From: an uncultured Chitinophagaceae bacterium
GTDB taxonomy: Bacteria > Bacteroidota > Bacteroidia > Chitinophagales > Chitinophagaceae
Direction of reading: 5' to 3'
DNA length: 64,000 nucleotides
Assembly (NCBI GenBank): GCA_938017685.1
Contig: CALIIL010000085.1
Span: forward strand, 2,819 to 66,818
Below are positions 1 through 9,028 of this stretch, piece after piece. The position numbers and the translations under genes were made by a program. A model generated the notes under the pieces. The model searched no databases. It was given only the letters and a program-made list of their open reading frames with translations, and had not been told where the DNA came from. Numbering within the stretch: position 1 is the stretch's first letter; each line of letters starts with the position of its first letter.

Positions 1-1
1 A

Positions 2-535
2 ATGGGCGGTGTAATTATCGCTGAAGTGGCACGTATGCTTAAAGAGAAAAAGAAGAAACTTCCATTTGGTTTGTATATAGTAAATGCTGTGCAAGAAGAG
101 GTGGGCTTAAATGGTGCTAAGATGATTACAGAAACGATTAAGCCTAATGTGGCTATTGTTACGGATGTAACACATGATACAAGTACACCTATGATGAATA
201 AAAAAGCACAAGGTGAAGCACAAGTAGGGAAAGGGCCCGTGGTATGTGTTGCACCAGCCGTGCATAATATTCTATTAGATATTATTAGAGATACTGCCGA
301 TGCTAAAAAAATACCTTATCAAATGCAAGCATATTCTCGCTTTACGGGAACCGATACGGATGCTTTTGCGTTCTCTAACGGAGGTGTGCCAAGTGCATTA
401 ATATCATTGCCATTGCGTTATATGCATACGACAGTTGAGACCGTTCATAAGCATGATGTTGAGAATTGTATTAAATTATACGTAGAGGCTTTGCAGAAAA
501 TAACACCAAAAACTAATTTCAAATATTTAAAATAA
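2..535 (+). CDS. M42 family metallopeptidase (FrvX/CelM-like aminopeptidase), C-terminal part; 5' end outside window
   Basis: ORF is open at the window edge. Translated blocks QEEVGLNGA, IVTDVTHDT and SLPLRYMHT fit the M42 peptidase family as I remember it. Confidence 0.75.
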   Translation: MGGVIIAEVARMLKEKKKKLPFGLYIVNAVQEEVGLNGAKMITETIKPNVAIVTDVTHDTSTPMMNKKAQGEAQVGKGPVVCVAPAVHNILLDIIRDTADAKKIPYQMQAYSRFTGTDTDAFAFSNGGVPSALISLPLRYMHTTVETVHKHDVENCIKLYVEALQKITPKTNFKYLK

Positions 536-934
536 TTGAAACAAATATTTACAAAAGGTGATGTCAAGGAGTATGAAATAGTTGTTTCGGAAAGTGATGT
601 GGCCGCATTTGAAAGTGGAGTAGTACATAATGTATACTCCACTTTTTCATTAACGCGTGATGCGGAATGGAGTGGGAGACTATTCGTATTAGAAATGAAA
701 GAAGAAGGTGAAGAGGGGATTGGAACCTTTATTTCTGTGGAGCATCAAAGCCCGGCCTTTGTTGGCAACAAAGTAAAGTTTAGGGCCACTTTTGAGGAAA
801 TAACAACTAAAGGTGAAATAATAAACACTTATCAAGCTTTTGTAGGGGAGCGATTAATTGCCCAAGGCAAGCAAGGGCAGCGCATATTACCCAAGGCTAA
901 AATTGATGAATTGTTTAATCGGTTGAAGTCATAA
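536..934 (+). CDS. small hotdog-fold thioesterase (FlK-like family)
   Basis: 132-aa ORF with a TTG start directly after the upstream stop. The pattern FESGVVHNVYSTFSLTRDAEW...VGNKVKF resembles small hotdog thioesterases. Family call is from memory. Confidence 0.55.
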   Translation: MKQIFTKGDVKEYEIVVSESDVAAFESGVVHNVYSTFSLTRDAEWSGRLFVLEMKEEGEEGIGTFISVEHQSPAFVGNKVKFRATFEEITTKGEIINTYQAFVGERLIAQGKQGQRILPKAKIDELFNRLKS

Positions 935-1508
935 TGTCAACTATTTTCTCAGCCCAAAGAGCATACATCTTTCCTGTTAAATGTAATTTATCTTCGGTCA
1001 AATACTCTTCATCTTTAGAATATGTTCGGGTAAATGGCGTGATATTGATGTATTGACATCCCATTTTTTTAGTCCACTTTTCGTTGATTTTATTATAAGC
1101 ATCGATTTCTTCAGATACTTTTTTTACATCACGCTTTGTATTGAAGGGCGTCATGCCCCAATCAGGAATAGAAAGTACAATAACATGGGAGGGACGACCG
1201 CTAGCAAATAAGATACTGTCATTTAAAAGCTGGCAAAATTCTTTTTCATAAAGTGAAATGTCTTGCCCGCGGTATTGATTATTTACACCTATTAGCAAGC
1301 TTACCCAATCATTGTCGGCCGTTGGTTTTTCTTTTTCTACAGCTTCTATTAACTCGCCAGTAGTCCAGCCAGTAACTGCAATTGTATTGGTAAGCGTGCA
1401 ATTAATATCTTTTGCAGCTAGTTCTTTAACAACCTGATTTGGGAAGTTTTCTTCTGTTCTTACTAATTCACCAATGGTGTAGCTATCGCCTAATGCTAAG
1501 TATCTCAT
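915..1508 (-). CDS. SGNH/GDSL family hydrolase
   Basis: N-terminal LALGDSYT block (catalytic Ser), a GVNN block and a C-terminal DKLH (DxxH) block. Confidence 0.8.
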   Translation of the reverse strand: MRYLALGDSYTIGELVRTEENFPNQVVKELAAKDINCTLTNTIAVTGWTTGELIEAVEKEKPTADNDWVSLLIGVNNQYRGQDISLYEKEFCQLLNDSILFASGRPSHVIVLSIPDWGMTPFNTKRDVKKVSEEIDAYNKINEKWTKKMGCQYINITPFTRTYSKDEEYLTEDKLHLTGKMYALWAEKIVDIMTSTD

Positions 1509-2057
1509 TTAGTTAAATTTAATACTTTGTATCATATCATCAAATACTTTTTCTTGAGTATCAAATGAAGCTTCTAAAGATGTTGAGTTAAATTGATAGG
1601 CTTTTTTATCCATGGGTATTACATAGAACTTAGAAATAAATTTTACTGACTTTTTGGTAAATGGATATTGATATGTTGCGACTTTATGACCATCTACAGT
1701 CATGCTATCTTCATCCGTTATTTTTATACCTGGCATCATAATTTTTAGCTGTGTCTTACCAGCCATTACATAATCTTCAAAAGGTACTTTTACGGGAAGG
1801 TCTTCAATACTTAGGAGTAGATTCTCACGATAACTCTTAGCACTATCTTCTTTGAGTTTAAAAAAACCAACGGGTATAATATCATTAATCCCTTCAATTG
1901 CTTCGAAGGTATTGGGATAAGCCATTGAAAAGTTCAAGTCTGCGCTTTTGTAGGTTAAAATCTCATCGGATTTCTTGACTTCTTTTTTTTTAGCATCGTT
2001 ATTGCAAGAAGTTAGAATAGTACTTATAATAATAAGCCCCAGGTAAATTTGTTTCAT
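1509..2057 (-). CDS. putative lipoprotein, unknown function
   Basis: Signal peptide ending in a lipobox-like LTSC. The ORF abuts the SGNH hydrolase gene (1508/1509). Confidence 0.55.
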   Translation of the reverse strand: MKQIYLGLIIISTILTSCNNDAKKKEVKKSDEILTYKSADLNFSMAYPNTFEAIEGINDIIPVGFFKLKEDSAKSYRENLLLSIEDLPVKVPFEDYVMAGKTQLKIMMPGIKITDEDSMTVDGHKVATYQYPFTKKSVKFISKFYVIPMDKKAYQFNSTSLEASFDTQEKVFDDMIQSIKFN

Positions 2058-2072
2058 CCATACAAAAATAAA

Positions 2073-2098
2073 AAACCCGAGCGTTAAAGCTCGGGTTT
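2073..2098 (-). terminator. rho-independent terminator downstream of rpsP
   Basis: Perfect 10-bp stem aaacccgagc/gctcgggttt with a 6-nt loop. An A-run on the plus strand at about 2064-2075 gives a T-run on the minus strand. Confidence 0.6.
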
Positions 2099-2121
2099 GT
2101 ATGGTAAATTAGTTGTAATTT

Positions 2122-2778
2122 TTATTTTGCTTCTTCAGCAGGAGCATCATCGGCAGCTGGTGCTTCTTCAGTAGCTGGTGCTTCTTCGGCAGCTGGTGCT
2201 TCTTCAGTAGCTGGTGCTTCTTCAGTAGCTGGTGCTTCTTCGGCAGCTGGTGCTTCTTCAGTAGCTGGTGCTTCTTCGGTAGCTGGTGCTTCTTCGGTAG
2301 CTGGTGCTTCTTCGGTAGCTGGTGCTTCTTCGGTAGCTGGTGCTTCTTCTACTGCGCCTGCAACCTCAATCTTTTTAATAATAGGTTGTTGTTTCTTAGA
2401 CTGTTGATCTTTTTTGTGCTTGCTCTGTCTTTCAGCAACCAATTTTTCATGATCTTCATTCCAAGCTTCAAACTTTTCTAAAGCAGTTTTTTCATCAAAT
2501 AAGCCAAGGCTTACCCCACGCATTAGATGCTTTAAGTAAAGAACACCTTTGAAAGAAAGAATTCTTTTTGTTGTGTGTGTAGTTTGTGCTCCTTTATTTA
2601 ACCAGTGCAATGCGCGCTCACGATTTAGCTCAATCGTTGCAGGAGTTGTCAATGGATTGTAAGTTCCTAATTTCTCAATAAACTTTCCATCACGAGGAGA
2701 GCGAGAATTAGCAATTACGATAAAATAAATTGGACGTTTCTTAGCGCCATGGCGCTGTAATCTGATTTTAGTTGGCAT
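2122..2778 (-). CDS. rpsP: 30S ribosomal protein S16 with a long repetitive acidic C-terminal extension
   Basis: N-terminus [42 protein letters not shown] is canonical S16. The C-terminal tail consists of [12 protein letters not shown] repeats. Confidence 0.9.
   Translation of the reverse strand: MPTKIRLQRHGAKKRPIYFIVIANSRSPRDGKFIEKLGTYNPLTTPATIELNRERALHWLNKGAQTTHTTKRILSFKGVLYLKHLMRGVSLGLFDEKTALEKFEAWNEDHEKLVAERQSKHKKDQQSKKQQPIIKKIEVAGAVEEAPATEEAPATEEAPATEEAPATEEAPATEEAPAAEEAPATEEAPATEEAPAAEEAPATEEAPAADDAPAEEAK
2152..2349 (-). repeat. 11 tandem copies of an 18-bp unit encoding [12 protein letters not shown] inside rpsP
   Basis: Plus-strand unit agctggtgcttcttc(a/g)g(t/c) is repeated head-to-tail. 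Units were counted codon by codon from the stop codon. Confidence 0.95.
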
Positions 2779-2820
2779 GTATAATAAATATTATTAGCGG
2801 TTATTAAATAATTTGGAGTA

Positions 2821-2828
2821 CAAATGTA
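2821..2828 (-). promoter_or_regulatory. Bacteroidetes -7 box (TACATTTG) upstream of rpsP
   Basis: Exact TAnnTTTG match on the minus strand, 43 nt upstream of the rpsP ATG. Confidence 0.4.
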
Positions 2829-2957
2829 GTAGAATTATATAGATTATCCTGCAATTATATTTGATTAATTCTTTTAAGCTTGTCATTTTTCACAAGTATT
2901 TATGAGATTGGCGCTAATCCTTCCTCACAACAAATTTTTTTATGGCGTTTCTTATTT

Positions 2958-2965
2958 TACATTTG
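2958..2965 (+). promoter_or_regulatory. Bacteroidetes -7 box (TACATTTG) upstream of mlaE
   Basis: Exact TAnnTTTG match ending 7 nt before the ATG at 2973. Confidence 0.35.
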
Positions 2966-2972
2966 ACAAAAT

Positions 2973-3716
2973 ATGATACGCCGCGGTTTGCAACATTTTG
3001 GTCGTTACTTAATAATGCTTCGGAGCATGCTCTCGCGTCCTGAAAGTTTTAAGGTATATTATAAGGAGTTCTTTCATCAATGCAATGAAATTGGTATTGG
3101 TTCCCTAGGCATTGTAGTTATTATTTCGCTTTTTTTGGGTGCTGTAACGACTGTACAGACTGCTTATCAGTTGGTAAGTCCCTTGGTTCAAAACTACGTT
3201 ATTGCTCAAATTATTAGGGATAATTCATTTTTAGAACTTTCACCTACTGTTACTTGTGTTGTATTAGCAGGTGTTGTGGGTAGTAAAATAGCCAGCGAGC
3301 TTGGCAATATGCGTGTAACAGAGCAAATTGATGCGCTTGAAATTATGGGTATTAACACGACCACTTATTTGGTATTGCCCAAAATATTAGCTGCTATTAT
3401 CGTTATACCTTGCTTGATTGTGCTTTCTATGTTTTTATGTATTTATGGTGGTTATTTGGCAGGAACAATGAGCGGTATATTAAATGCAGAAGAGTTTACG
3501 CAAGGCTTAGTGCGCGATTTTATTGCTTTTAATTTGATTTTTGGCTTAATTAAGGCCTTTACTTTTGCTTTTATCATATCGAGTGTATCAGCTTATTTTG
3601 GATACTATGTAAAAGGTGGAGCGCTTGAAATTGGTCGTTCTAGCACATCATCAGTAGTCGTGAGTTGTGTTTTAATTTTATTGGCAGATTATGGTTTAGC
3701 TGCATTATTACTTTAA
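2973..3716 (+). CDS. mlaE: MlaE family lipid ABC transporter permease
   Basis: Multi-TM 247-aa protein with the MlaE-type block RVTEQIDALEIMGIN. Confidence 0.85.
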   Translation: MIRRGLQHFGRYLIMLRSMLSRPESFKVYYKEFFHQCNEIGIGSLGIVVIISLFLGAVTTVQTAYQLVSPLVQNYVIAQIIRDNSFLELSPTVTCVVLAGVVGSKIASELGNMRVTEQIDALEIMGINTTTYLVLPKILAAIIVIPCLIVLSMFLCIYGGYLAGTMSGILNAEEFTQGLVRDFIAFNLIFGLIKAFTFAFIISSVSAYFGYYVKGGALEIGRSSTSSVVVSCVLILLADYGLAALLL

Positions 3717-3719
3717 GTT

Positions 3720-4490
3720 ATGATTGAGATAAATGGAATAGAGAAATCATTTGGAGGTAAGGTCGTATTAAACGATGTAAGTGCTGTTATGCAAGGCGGT
3801 AAGGTTAATCTTGTTATAGGAACAAGCGGCAGTGGTAAGACTGTCTTTATGAAATGCATTATTGGCTTAATAAGGCCTGAGTATGGCGAGATTATATATG
3901 AAGGTAAGAGCTTCTTAACCATGGATAGCCAAGACAGGAAGGAGTTACGTACTAAAATTGGCATGCTTTTTCAAGGTTCTGCCTTATTTGATAGTATGAA
4001 TGTTGAGAGTAATGTACAGTTCCCCTTAGATATGTTTACGAATGAAACAAAAAAGGAAAAGCAAAAGAGAGTAGACGAAGTGCTGGAAAAAGTTAATCTA
4101 AATGGTGCAAATAACAAATTCCCTGCAGAAATTAGTGGTGGTATGAAAAAGCGTGTTGCTTTAGCAAGAGCTATTGTAATGAACCCCAAGTATCTTTTTT
4201 GCGACGAGCCTAACTCGGGCTTAGATCCCAAAACAAGCTTAGTTATTGACAAGCTTATCATGGATCTTACGCAAGAGTATAATATGACTACCGTTATTAA
4301 TACCCACGATATGAATACTGTTATTGAAAGTGGCGATCATATCATTTACTTACATCAAGGAGAAAAAGAGTGGGAAGGAACTAAAGAGCAAATTATCTTT
4401 AGTGAGCATGAACGGTTAAATGAGTTCATATTCGCATCTGATTTCTTACGCGATGCCAAGGAGCAAAGGATGCGCTCACAGCGCCCTTAG
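3720..4490 (+). CDS. mlaF: ABC transporter ATP-binding protein (MlaF-like)
   Basis: Walker A GTSGSGKT, signature ISGGMKKR, Walker B LFCDEP. The gene starts 4 nt after mlaE. Confidence 0.8.
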   Translation: MIEINGIEKSFGGKVVLNDVSAVMQGGKVNLVIGTSGSGKTVFMKCIIGLIRPEYGEIIYEGKSFLTMDSQDRKELRTKIGMLFQGSALFDSMNVESNVQFPLDMFTNETKKEKQKRVDEVLEKVNLNGANNKFPAEISGGMKKRVALARAIVMNPKYLFCDEPNSGLDPKTSLVIDKLIMDLTQEYNMTTVINTHDMNTVIESGDHIIYLHQGEKEWEGTKEQIIFSEHERLNEFIFASDFLRDAKEQRMRSQRP

Positions 4491-4636
4491 TACAAGGGTG
4501 TATTTTTAGCCAAGTGGTTATTTTGTTTTATATTAAATTTAATAACTTTTCTGAAAAAACATAACATACAATAGTTGATGATATGGCCACCTTCACTTTT
4601 CTTTGGAAAGTAGGATTAGGTTAAAATAGGAATTAA

Positions 4637-6703
4637 ATGCAGTTAAAGAGTTTTAATAAAAATAAGGAGCGCTTAGTACGCGATATCAGTTGGCTGTCAT
4701 TTAACGAACGCGTGTTGCAAGAGGCGCAAGATGTGAGCGTATCCTTACATGACCGATTAAAATTCTTAGGGATTTACTCCAATAATATGGATGAGTTTTT
4801 TAGAGTACGTGTAGCCACACTAATTCGTATGGCTAGCTACGATAAAATATCTCGCATATATTTAGAAGATAAACCTAACCTCATTCTTGAACAGATACAA
4901 GAACGTGTATTAAAAAATCAAAAAGTATTTAATACCACTTTTAATAAAATAATTAGGGAACTTAAAGCCGAAGGTGTAGAGCTTATTAATGAAAAAAAAT
5001 TGAATGCCAAAGATATGAAGTGGTTGCGCAATTACTTTAATATTAATGTGCGTTCTAACATTGTGCCCCTGATGGTAGAGAGTATACCGCAGGCGCCTAA
5101 CTTAAAAGATAAGTCTATATACCTCGCTTGCGTTTTGCGTTCAAAGACTAATGGATTTACTAAGCGATATGCGCTGATAGAAGTACCAACGAATGTTTGT
5201 GGTCGCTTTATTATTTTGCCTACTGAGGGTATTAAGAGTAGAATTATTTTACTCGAAGATATTATACGAATATGCTTACCCAACTTATTTAGCCAGTTTG
5301 GGTTTGATAAATTTGAAAGTTATATCATTAAGCTAACTCGCGATGGGGAGTTAGACTTGGATAATGATATAGATACTGATTTTATTCGTTCTATTGAAAA
5401 AGGGTTGCGACGTCGTAAAAGTGCAAAGGCATTACGATTTGTATTTGACAAAAGAATAGACGAACAGCTACTGCGTTATCTATCATCTATTTTAGGCTTG
5501 AGTAAAAGAGATCACTTTATTCCTGGTGGGCGAGTACATAATCATAAAGATTTTATGGACTTCCCAAAATCAGTTTTTGCTAAAAATAAAAGTAAAAGAA
5601 AGCAGATTATACATCCCTTATTAAAGCAGCCGGTACGCATAATGAAAGTATTAGATAAGCGAGATGTTATGTTACATGTGCCATTTCATTCATTCGATAG
5701 CATAATAGATTTGTTACGTGAAGCAGCTATTGACCCAACTGTTATTGATATAAAGATTTCGTGCTATCGCTTAGCTAAAAAATCTAAAATTGTCAATGCG
5801 TTAATTAATGCAATACAGAATGGTAAGCGTGTAACGGCTGTAATAGAATTACGTGCGCGCTTTAATGAAAAAGATAACTTAAAATGGAAGGAAGTCTTAG
5901 AGCAGGCGGGAGCTAAAGTGCTAATAGGGCAACCACATATGAAAATACATGCCAAAGTATGCGTTATAACTAAGAAGGTTAATAAGCGATATAAACGTTA
6001 CAGCTTTATAAGTACCGGTAATATAAATGAGAATACCTCTACATTGTATGGAGATCATTATTTGCTCAGCGCGCACCGAGGTATTTGTAATGAGATTAAT
6101 CGATTGTTCAAATTTATTGAAAATCCTAAAAAGAAAGCTATACTATCAAATTTTAAGCACATTATAACCTCTCCAAATAGGACACGTGACTTTTTCTTAG
6201 AAAAAATTGATCAAGAAATTGAGCAGGGTAAAAAAGGTAAGATAATAGTAAAATTAAATAGCTGCTCCGATGATGAATTAATAGCAAGGTTAGAATTGGC
6301 TGCCGAAAAAGGAGTACGTGTAAGGTTAATTCTAAGAGGCATTTCTAGAGTGGTAACTAAAGGTGAAAACTGGAAACAGTCTATCGATGCTATCAGTATT
6401 GTAGATGAATACTTGGAGCATAGCCGTATTATGTATTTTAAGCATAGTGATGAATATTTCATAAGTAGTAGTGATTGGATGAAGCGAAACTTAGATCATC
6501 GGATAGAAGTAACAGTACCAGTATATGATGCTATTTTAAAAGAAGAGTTGCGCAATTACTTAGCCATACAACTCAAAGACAATGTTAAGGCAAGAATATT
6601 GGACACGGCTCAAAAAAACTTGTATAAAAAGAAGGGCCGCAAGAAAAAAGAGATAAGATCACAAGAGGTCATTTGGGACTATCTTTTAGAGCAGAAGTAT
6701 TAA
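4637..6703 (+). CDS. ppk1: polyphosphate kinase 1
   Basis: 688 aa. The N-terminal block RDISWLSFNERVLQEA and two PLD-like HxK regions (KIHAKV...) are typical of PPK1. Confidence 0.95.
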   Translation: MQLKSFNKNKERLVRDISWLSFNERVLQEAQDVSVSLHDRLKFLGIYSNNMDEFFRVRVATLIRMASYDKISRIYLEDKPNLILEQIQERVLKNQKVFNTTFNKIIRELKAEGVELINEKKLNAKDMKWLRNYFNINVRSNIVPLMVESIPQAPNLKDKSIYLACVLRSKTNGFTKRYALIEVPTNVCGRFIILPTEGIKSRIILLEDIIRICLPNLFSQFGFDKFESYIIKLTRDGELDLDNDIDTDFIRSIEKGLRRRKSAKALRFVFDKRIDEQLLRYLSSILGLSKRDHFIPGGRVHNHKDFMDFPKSVFAKNKSKRKQIIHPLLKQPVRIMKVLDKRDVMLHVPFHSFDSIIDLLREAAIDPTVIDIKISCYRLAKKSKIVNALINAIQNGKRVTAVIELRARFNEKDNLKWKEVLEQAGAKVLIGQPHMKIHAKVCVITKKVNKRYKRYSFISTGNINENTSTLYGDHYLLSAHRGICNEINRLFKFIENPKKKAILSNFKHIITSPNRTRDFFLEKIDQEIEQGKKGKIIVKLNSCSDDELIARLELAAEKGVRVRLILRGISRVVTKGENWKQSIDAISIVDEYLEHSRIMYFKHSDEYFISSSDWMKRNLDHRIEVTVPVYDAILKEELRNYLAIQLKDNVKARILDTAQKNLYKKKGRKKKEIRSQEVIWDYLLEQKY

Positions 6704-6714
6704 ATTCGTACTTC

Positions 6715-7617
6715 ATGCGATTAGCTGCTATTGACATCGGTTCCAATGCCGCCCGACTACTTATTACTGATGTGAGTACTTATAAGGATGGAAGTCCTGA
6801 CTTTACTAAGGTAAGTTTAGTACGTATACCTTTAAGGTTAGGGATTGAAGTGTTTGATATAGGTAAGATACCGCCTAATAAGGAAGAAAAGTTGTTTCAA
6901 TCTATTGCTGCATACAAACATTTAATGGATGTGTTTGATGTAAAGCATTATAAGGCTATTGCAACCAGTGCGATGCGTGATGCTAAAAATGGTCAACGTA
7001 TTGCAGATAAAATATTTAAAGAAACAGGAGTAGATATAGAAATAATTACAGGACATGGAGAAGCAGAATTATTATTTGAAACCCAATTAGCCGAGAACTT
7101 TTCTAGTAAAAACTATTATTTATATAGCGATGTTGGAGGTGGAAGCACGGAGATTACATTGTTTAAGAAAAATAAAGTCATAGCCAATGATTCGTTTAAT
7201 GTTGGTACCATTCGATTGCTAAAGGACAAAGTTGCTGAGGAAGAACTTGTTAGAATGAAAAAGTTCATAAAGAAACAAGTCAAAGGGAAAAGTAAAGTAA
7301 TAGCAGTAGGGTCCGGCGGTAATATTAATAAAGTTTTTTCCCTTTCTAAACAGAAGTTGGGAAGACCATTGAGTATTGATGTTCTGCAACGATATTTTTC
7401 TGATCTAAAAGGTATGAGTGTTCAAGAGCGCATACATTTCTATAAGTTAAGAGAAGATCGGGCCGATGTTATTGTGCCTGCATTGCGCATTTACTTATCT
7501 GTATTAAAGTGGGGTGGCTTTAATAAAATACTTGTACCACAAGTAGGTTTAGTAGATGGGATTGTAAAAAAGCTATACCATCAAAATGCCTTTACGGCCA
7601 TGAAGGGAATTAAATAA
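6715..7617 (+). CDS. ppx: exopolyphosphatase, Ppx/GppA family
   Basis: MRLAAIDIGSNAARLL start motif and a DVGGGSTE block. I chose ATG 6715 over the ORF-track start 6673, which overlaps the ppk1 3' end. Confidence 0.85.
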   Translation: MRLAAIDIGSNAARLLITDVSTYKDGSPDFTKVSLVRIPLRLGIEVFDIGKIPPNKEEKLFQSIAAYKHLMDVFDVKHYKAIATSAMRDAKNGQRIADKIFKETGVDIEIITGHGEAELLFETQLAENFSSKNYYLYSDVGGGSTEITLFKKNKVIANDSFNVGTIRLLKDKVAEEELVRMKKFIKKQVKGKSKVIAVGSGGNINKVFSLSKQKLGRPLSIDVLQRYFSDLKGMSVQERIHFYKLREDRADVIVPALRIYLSVLKWGGFNKILVPQVGLVDGIVKKLYHQNAFTAMKGIK

Positions 7618-7621
7618 GCAA

Positions 7622-9028
7622 TTAGATTTCCTCCAATTGCGCAGTAGAGTAGTAGAGCTGTAATATAGAATTTTGAAAACGGATGGAGTTTTTCAAGTTC
7701 TTAATTTTCGCATCCAACAGTTTATTCTCGCGAGAGTTAATAACAAATATTGTACTAGCACCTAATTGATATTTTGTAATCTCAGCGCGATATAATCTTT
7801 CTAAATTATTTACGTATGTATCAAAAAGCCCTACTTGGCTGCGTGCAATTTTAAATTCATTTAAACTGTATCTGATTTCATTTTCTATTTTTCTTTGAGA
7901 AATATTAAATTCAAATCCAGTTCCTTGTAATTTGTTTTTGGCCAATTTGTATCCTCCGCGTCCTTTAGATAGTCTTAATGGAACGCTAACATCTAAGCCA
8001 AATTTATAATTATTCTCAATTCCATTTAATTGAAATGTGTTAGCAGCTGTGCGTTCTAATCGATAGGCACCTAAGTTTACTTCTGGCAACAAATCTTGGA
8101 AATGTAACTTGCGGTCTAAAACGAGAGATTCTAATTTATTCTCAATTTGTTTAAGCTTAGGATGTATAGCAGCATATGATAACCAATACTGTTGCGTTGA
8201 GTCTAGGACCATCAGTTTAGAAATATCCGCCGAGTCAGGCGCAAGTTCTGTTTGTATCATTTTATAAAACAACGTACTATCCCATATGTGGTTTGATACA
8301 TTTAAGCCTTCTTCAACCCATTTAATATAGCTGTCATTTTTTAATATTTCAAATTGCTGTAATTGTGACAATGCTTCTGTAGTATCAATGGCAGGTTGGG
8401 ACCCAAGCTTCCAAGATTGAACGACCAAGCTATACCGCTTAGAACTTAAATTATATATGTTAGAATAAATTCGATATTCAAGGTAAGCATATAGCCACTT
8501 CCAGTAAGACTTGTATGCTTTGTGATAAAGCTCATTTAAAAGCAAGGTGCGTTCTTGATTAGATATGTCTAAGTTCACTTTTGCTTGCTCTAAATATGTA
8601 CGACGCTTATCGGTGATTAAATTTTTAATCACGGGAAGTTCTACACCTAGGTAATAGGAGTCGCCTACTGTTACTTCGTTATTATTAAATTGGCCACCGT
8701 TTCTTTCAAATCCTCCTTTTACATCTGCCCCAATCCAAGTGGGTATTTTAATAGCAGTATTTTGATAGTTAAAATAGTTTTTGCCATCGAATGTTTTTTG
8801 CTCTGTTTGATATTCTAACTTTGGGTCAAAATCTCCACGACGCATAAGTATTTCTTGTTCGGCATTATTAACTAATAAGTCCGTTTGAGATATTATTGGA
8901 TGGTTTTGTTTAAGAGAGTTTTTAAAGGTTTCAAAAGTTAATATTTCAGATGCAGTAATATTTTGAGCATGCGTAATGGAGGCTAAGCTGCTGAGCAAAA
9001 CGATTATGAACAGTCTATTTTTTTTCAT
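7622..9028 (-). CDS. TolC family outer membrane efflux protein
   Basis: Signal peptide MKKNRLFIIVLLSSLASITHAQ, size and coiled-coil/beta-barrel repeat organisation. It is the last gene of the ABC-HlyD-TolC string. Start moved to ATG 9028. Confidence 0.8.
   Translation of the reverse strand: MKKNRLFIIVLLSSLASITHAQNITASEILTFETFKNSLKQNHPIISQTDLLVNNAEQEILMRRGDFDPKLEYQTEQKTFDGKNYFNYQNTAIKIPTWIGADVKGGFERNGGQFNNNEVTVGDSYYLGVELPVIKNLITDKRRTYLEQAKVNLDISNQERTLLLNELYHKAYKSYWKWLYAYLEYRIYSNIYNLSSKRYSLVVQSWKLGSQPAIDTTEALSQLQQFEILKNDSYIKWVEEGLNVSNHIWDSTLFYKMIQTELAPDSADISKLMVLDSTQQYWLSYAAIHPKLKQIENKLESLVLDRKLHFQDLLPEVNLGAYRLERTAANTFQLNGIENNYKFGLDVSVPLRLSKGRGGYKLAKNKLQGTGFEFNISQRKIENEIRYSLNEFKIARSQVGLFDTYVNNLERLYRAEITKYQLGASTIFVINSRENKLLDAKIKNLKNSIRFQNSILQLYYSTAQLEEI

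Noticed and set aside
915-934. Convergent gene overlaps (915-934, 15338-15376, 28162-28165, 40878-40881) might be regulatory antisense arrangements.
   Set aside because: Short 3'-3' overlaps are common in compact bacterial genomes, and nothing else distinguishes these sites.
6673-6714. The ORF track gives N-terminal extensions for ppx 6673, TolC 9073, the HtrA-type protease 53224, LDH-like 45082, antitoxin 57403, UbiA 56486, ferredoxin 54897, phnA 24172, LysM 38514, PNP 12510, cargo 31143 and porin 13379.
   Set aside because: The extensions overlap upstream genes or -7 boxes, or precede an obvious signal peptide or family N-terminus that begins at an internal ATG. The internal ATG was used instead. 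The exact starts remain unverified.
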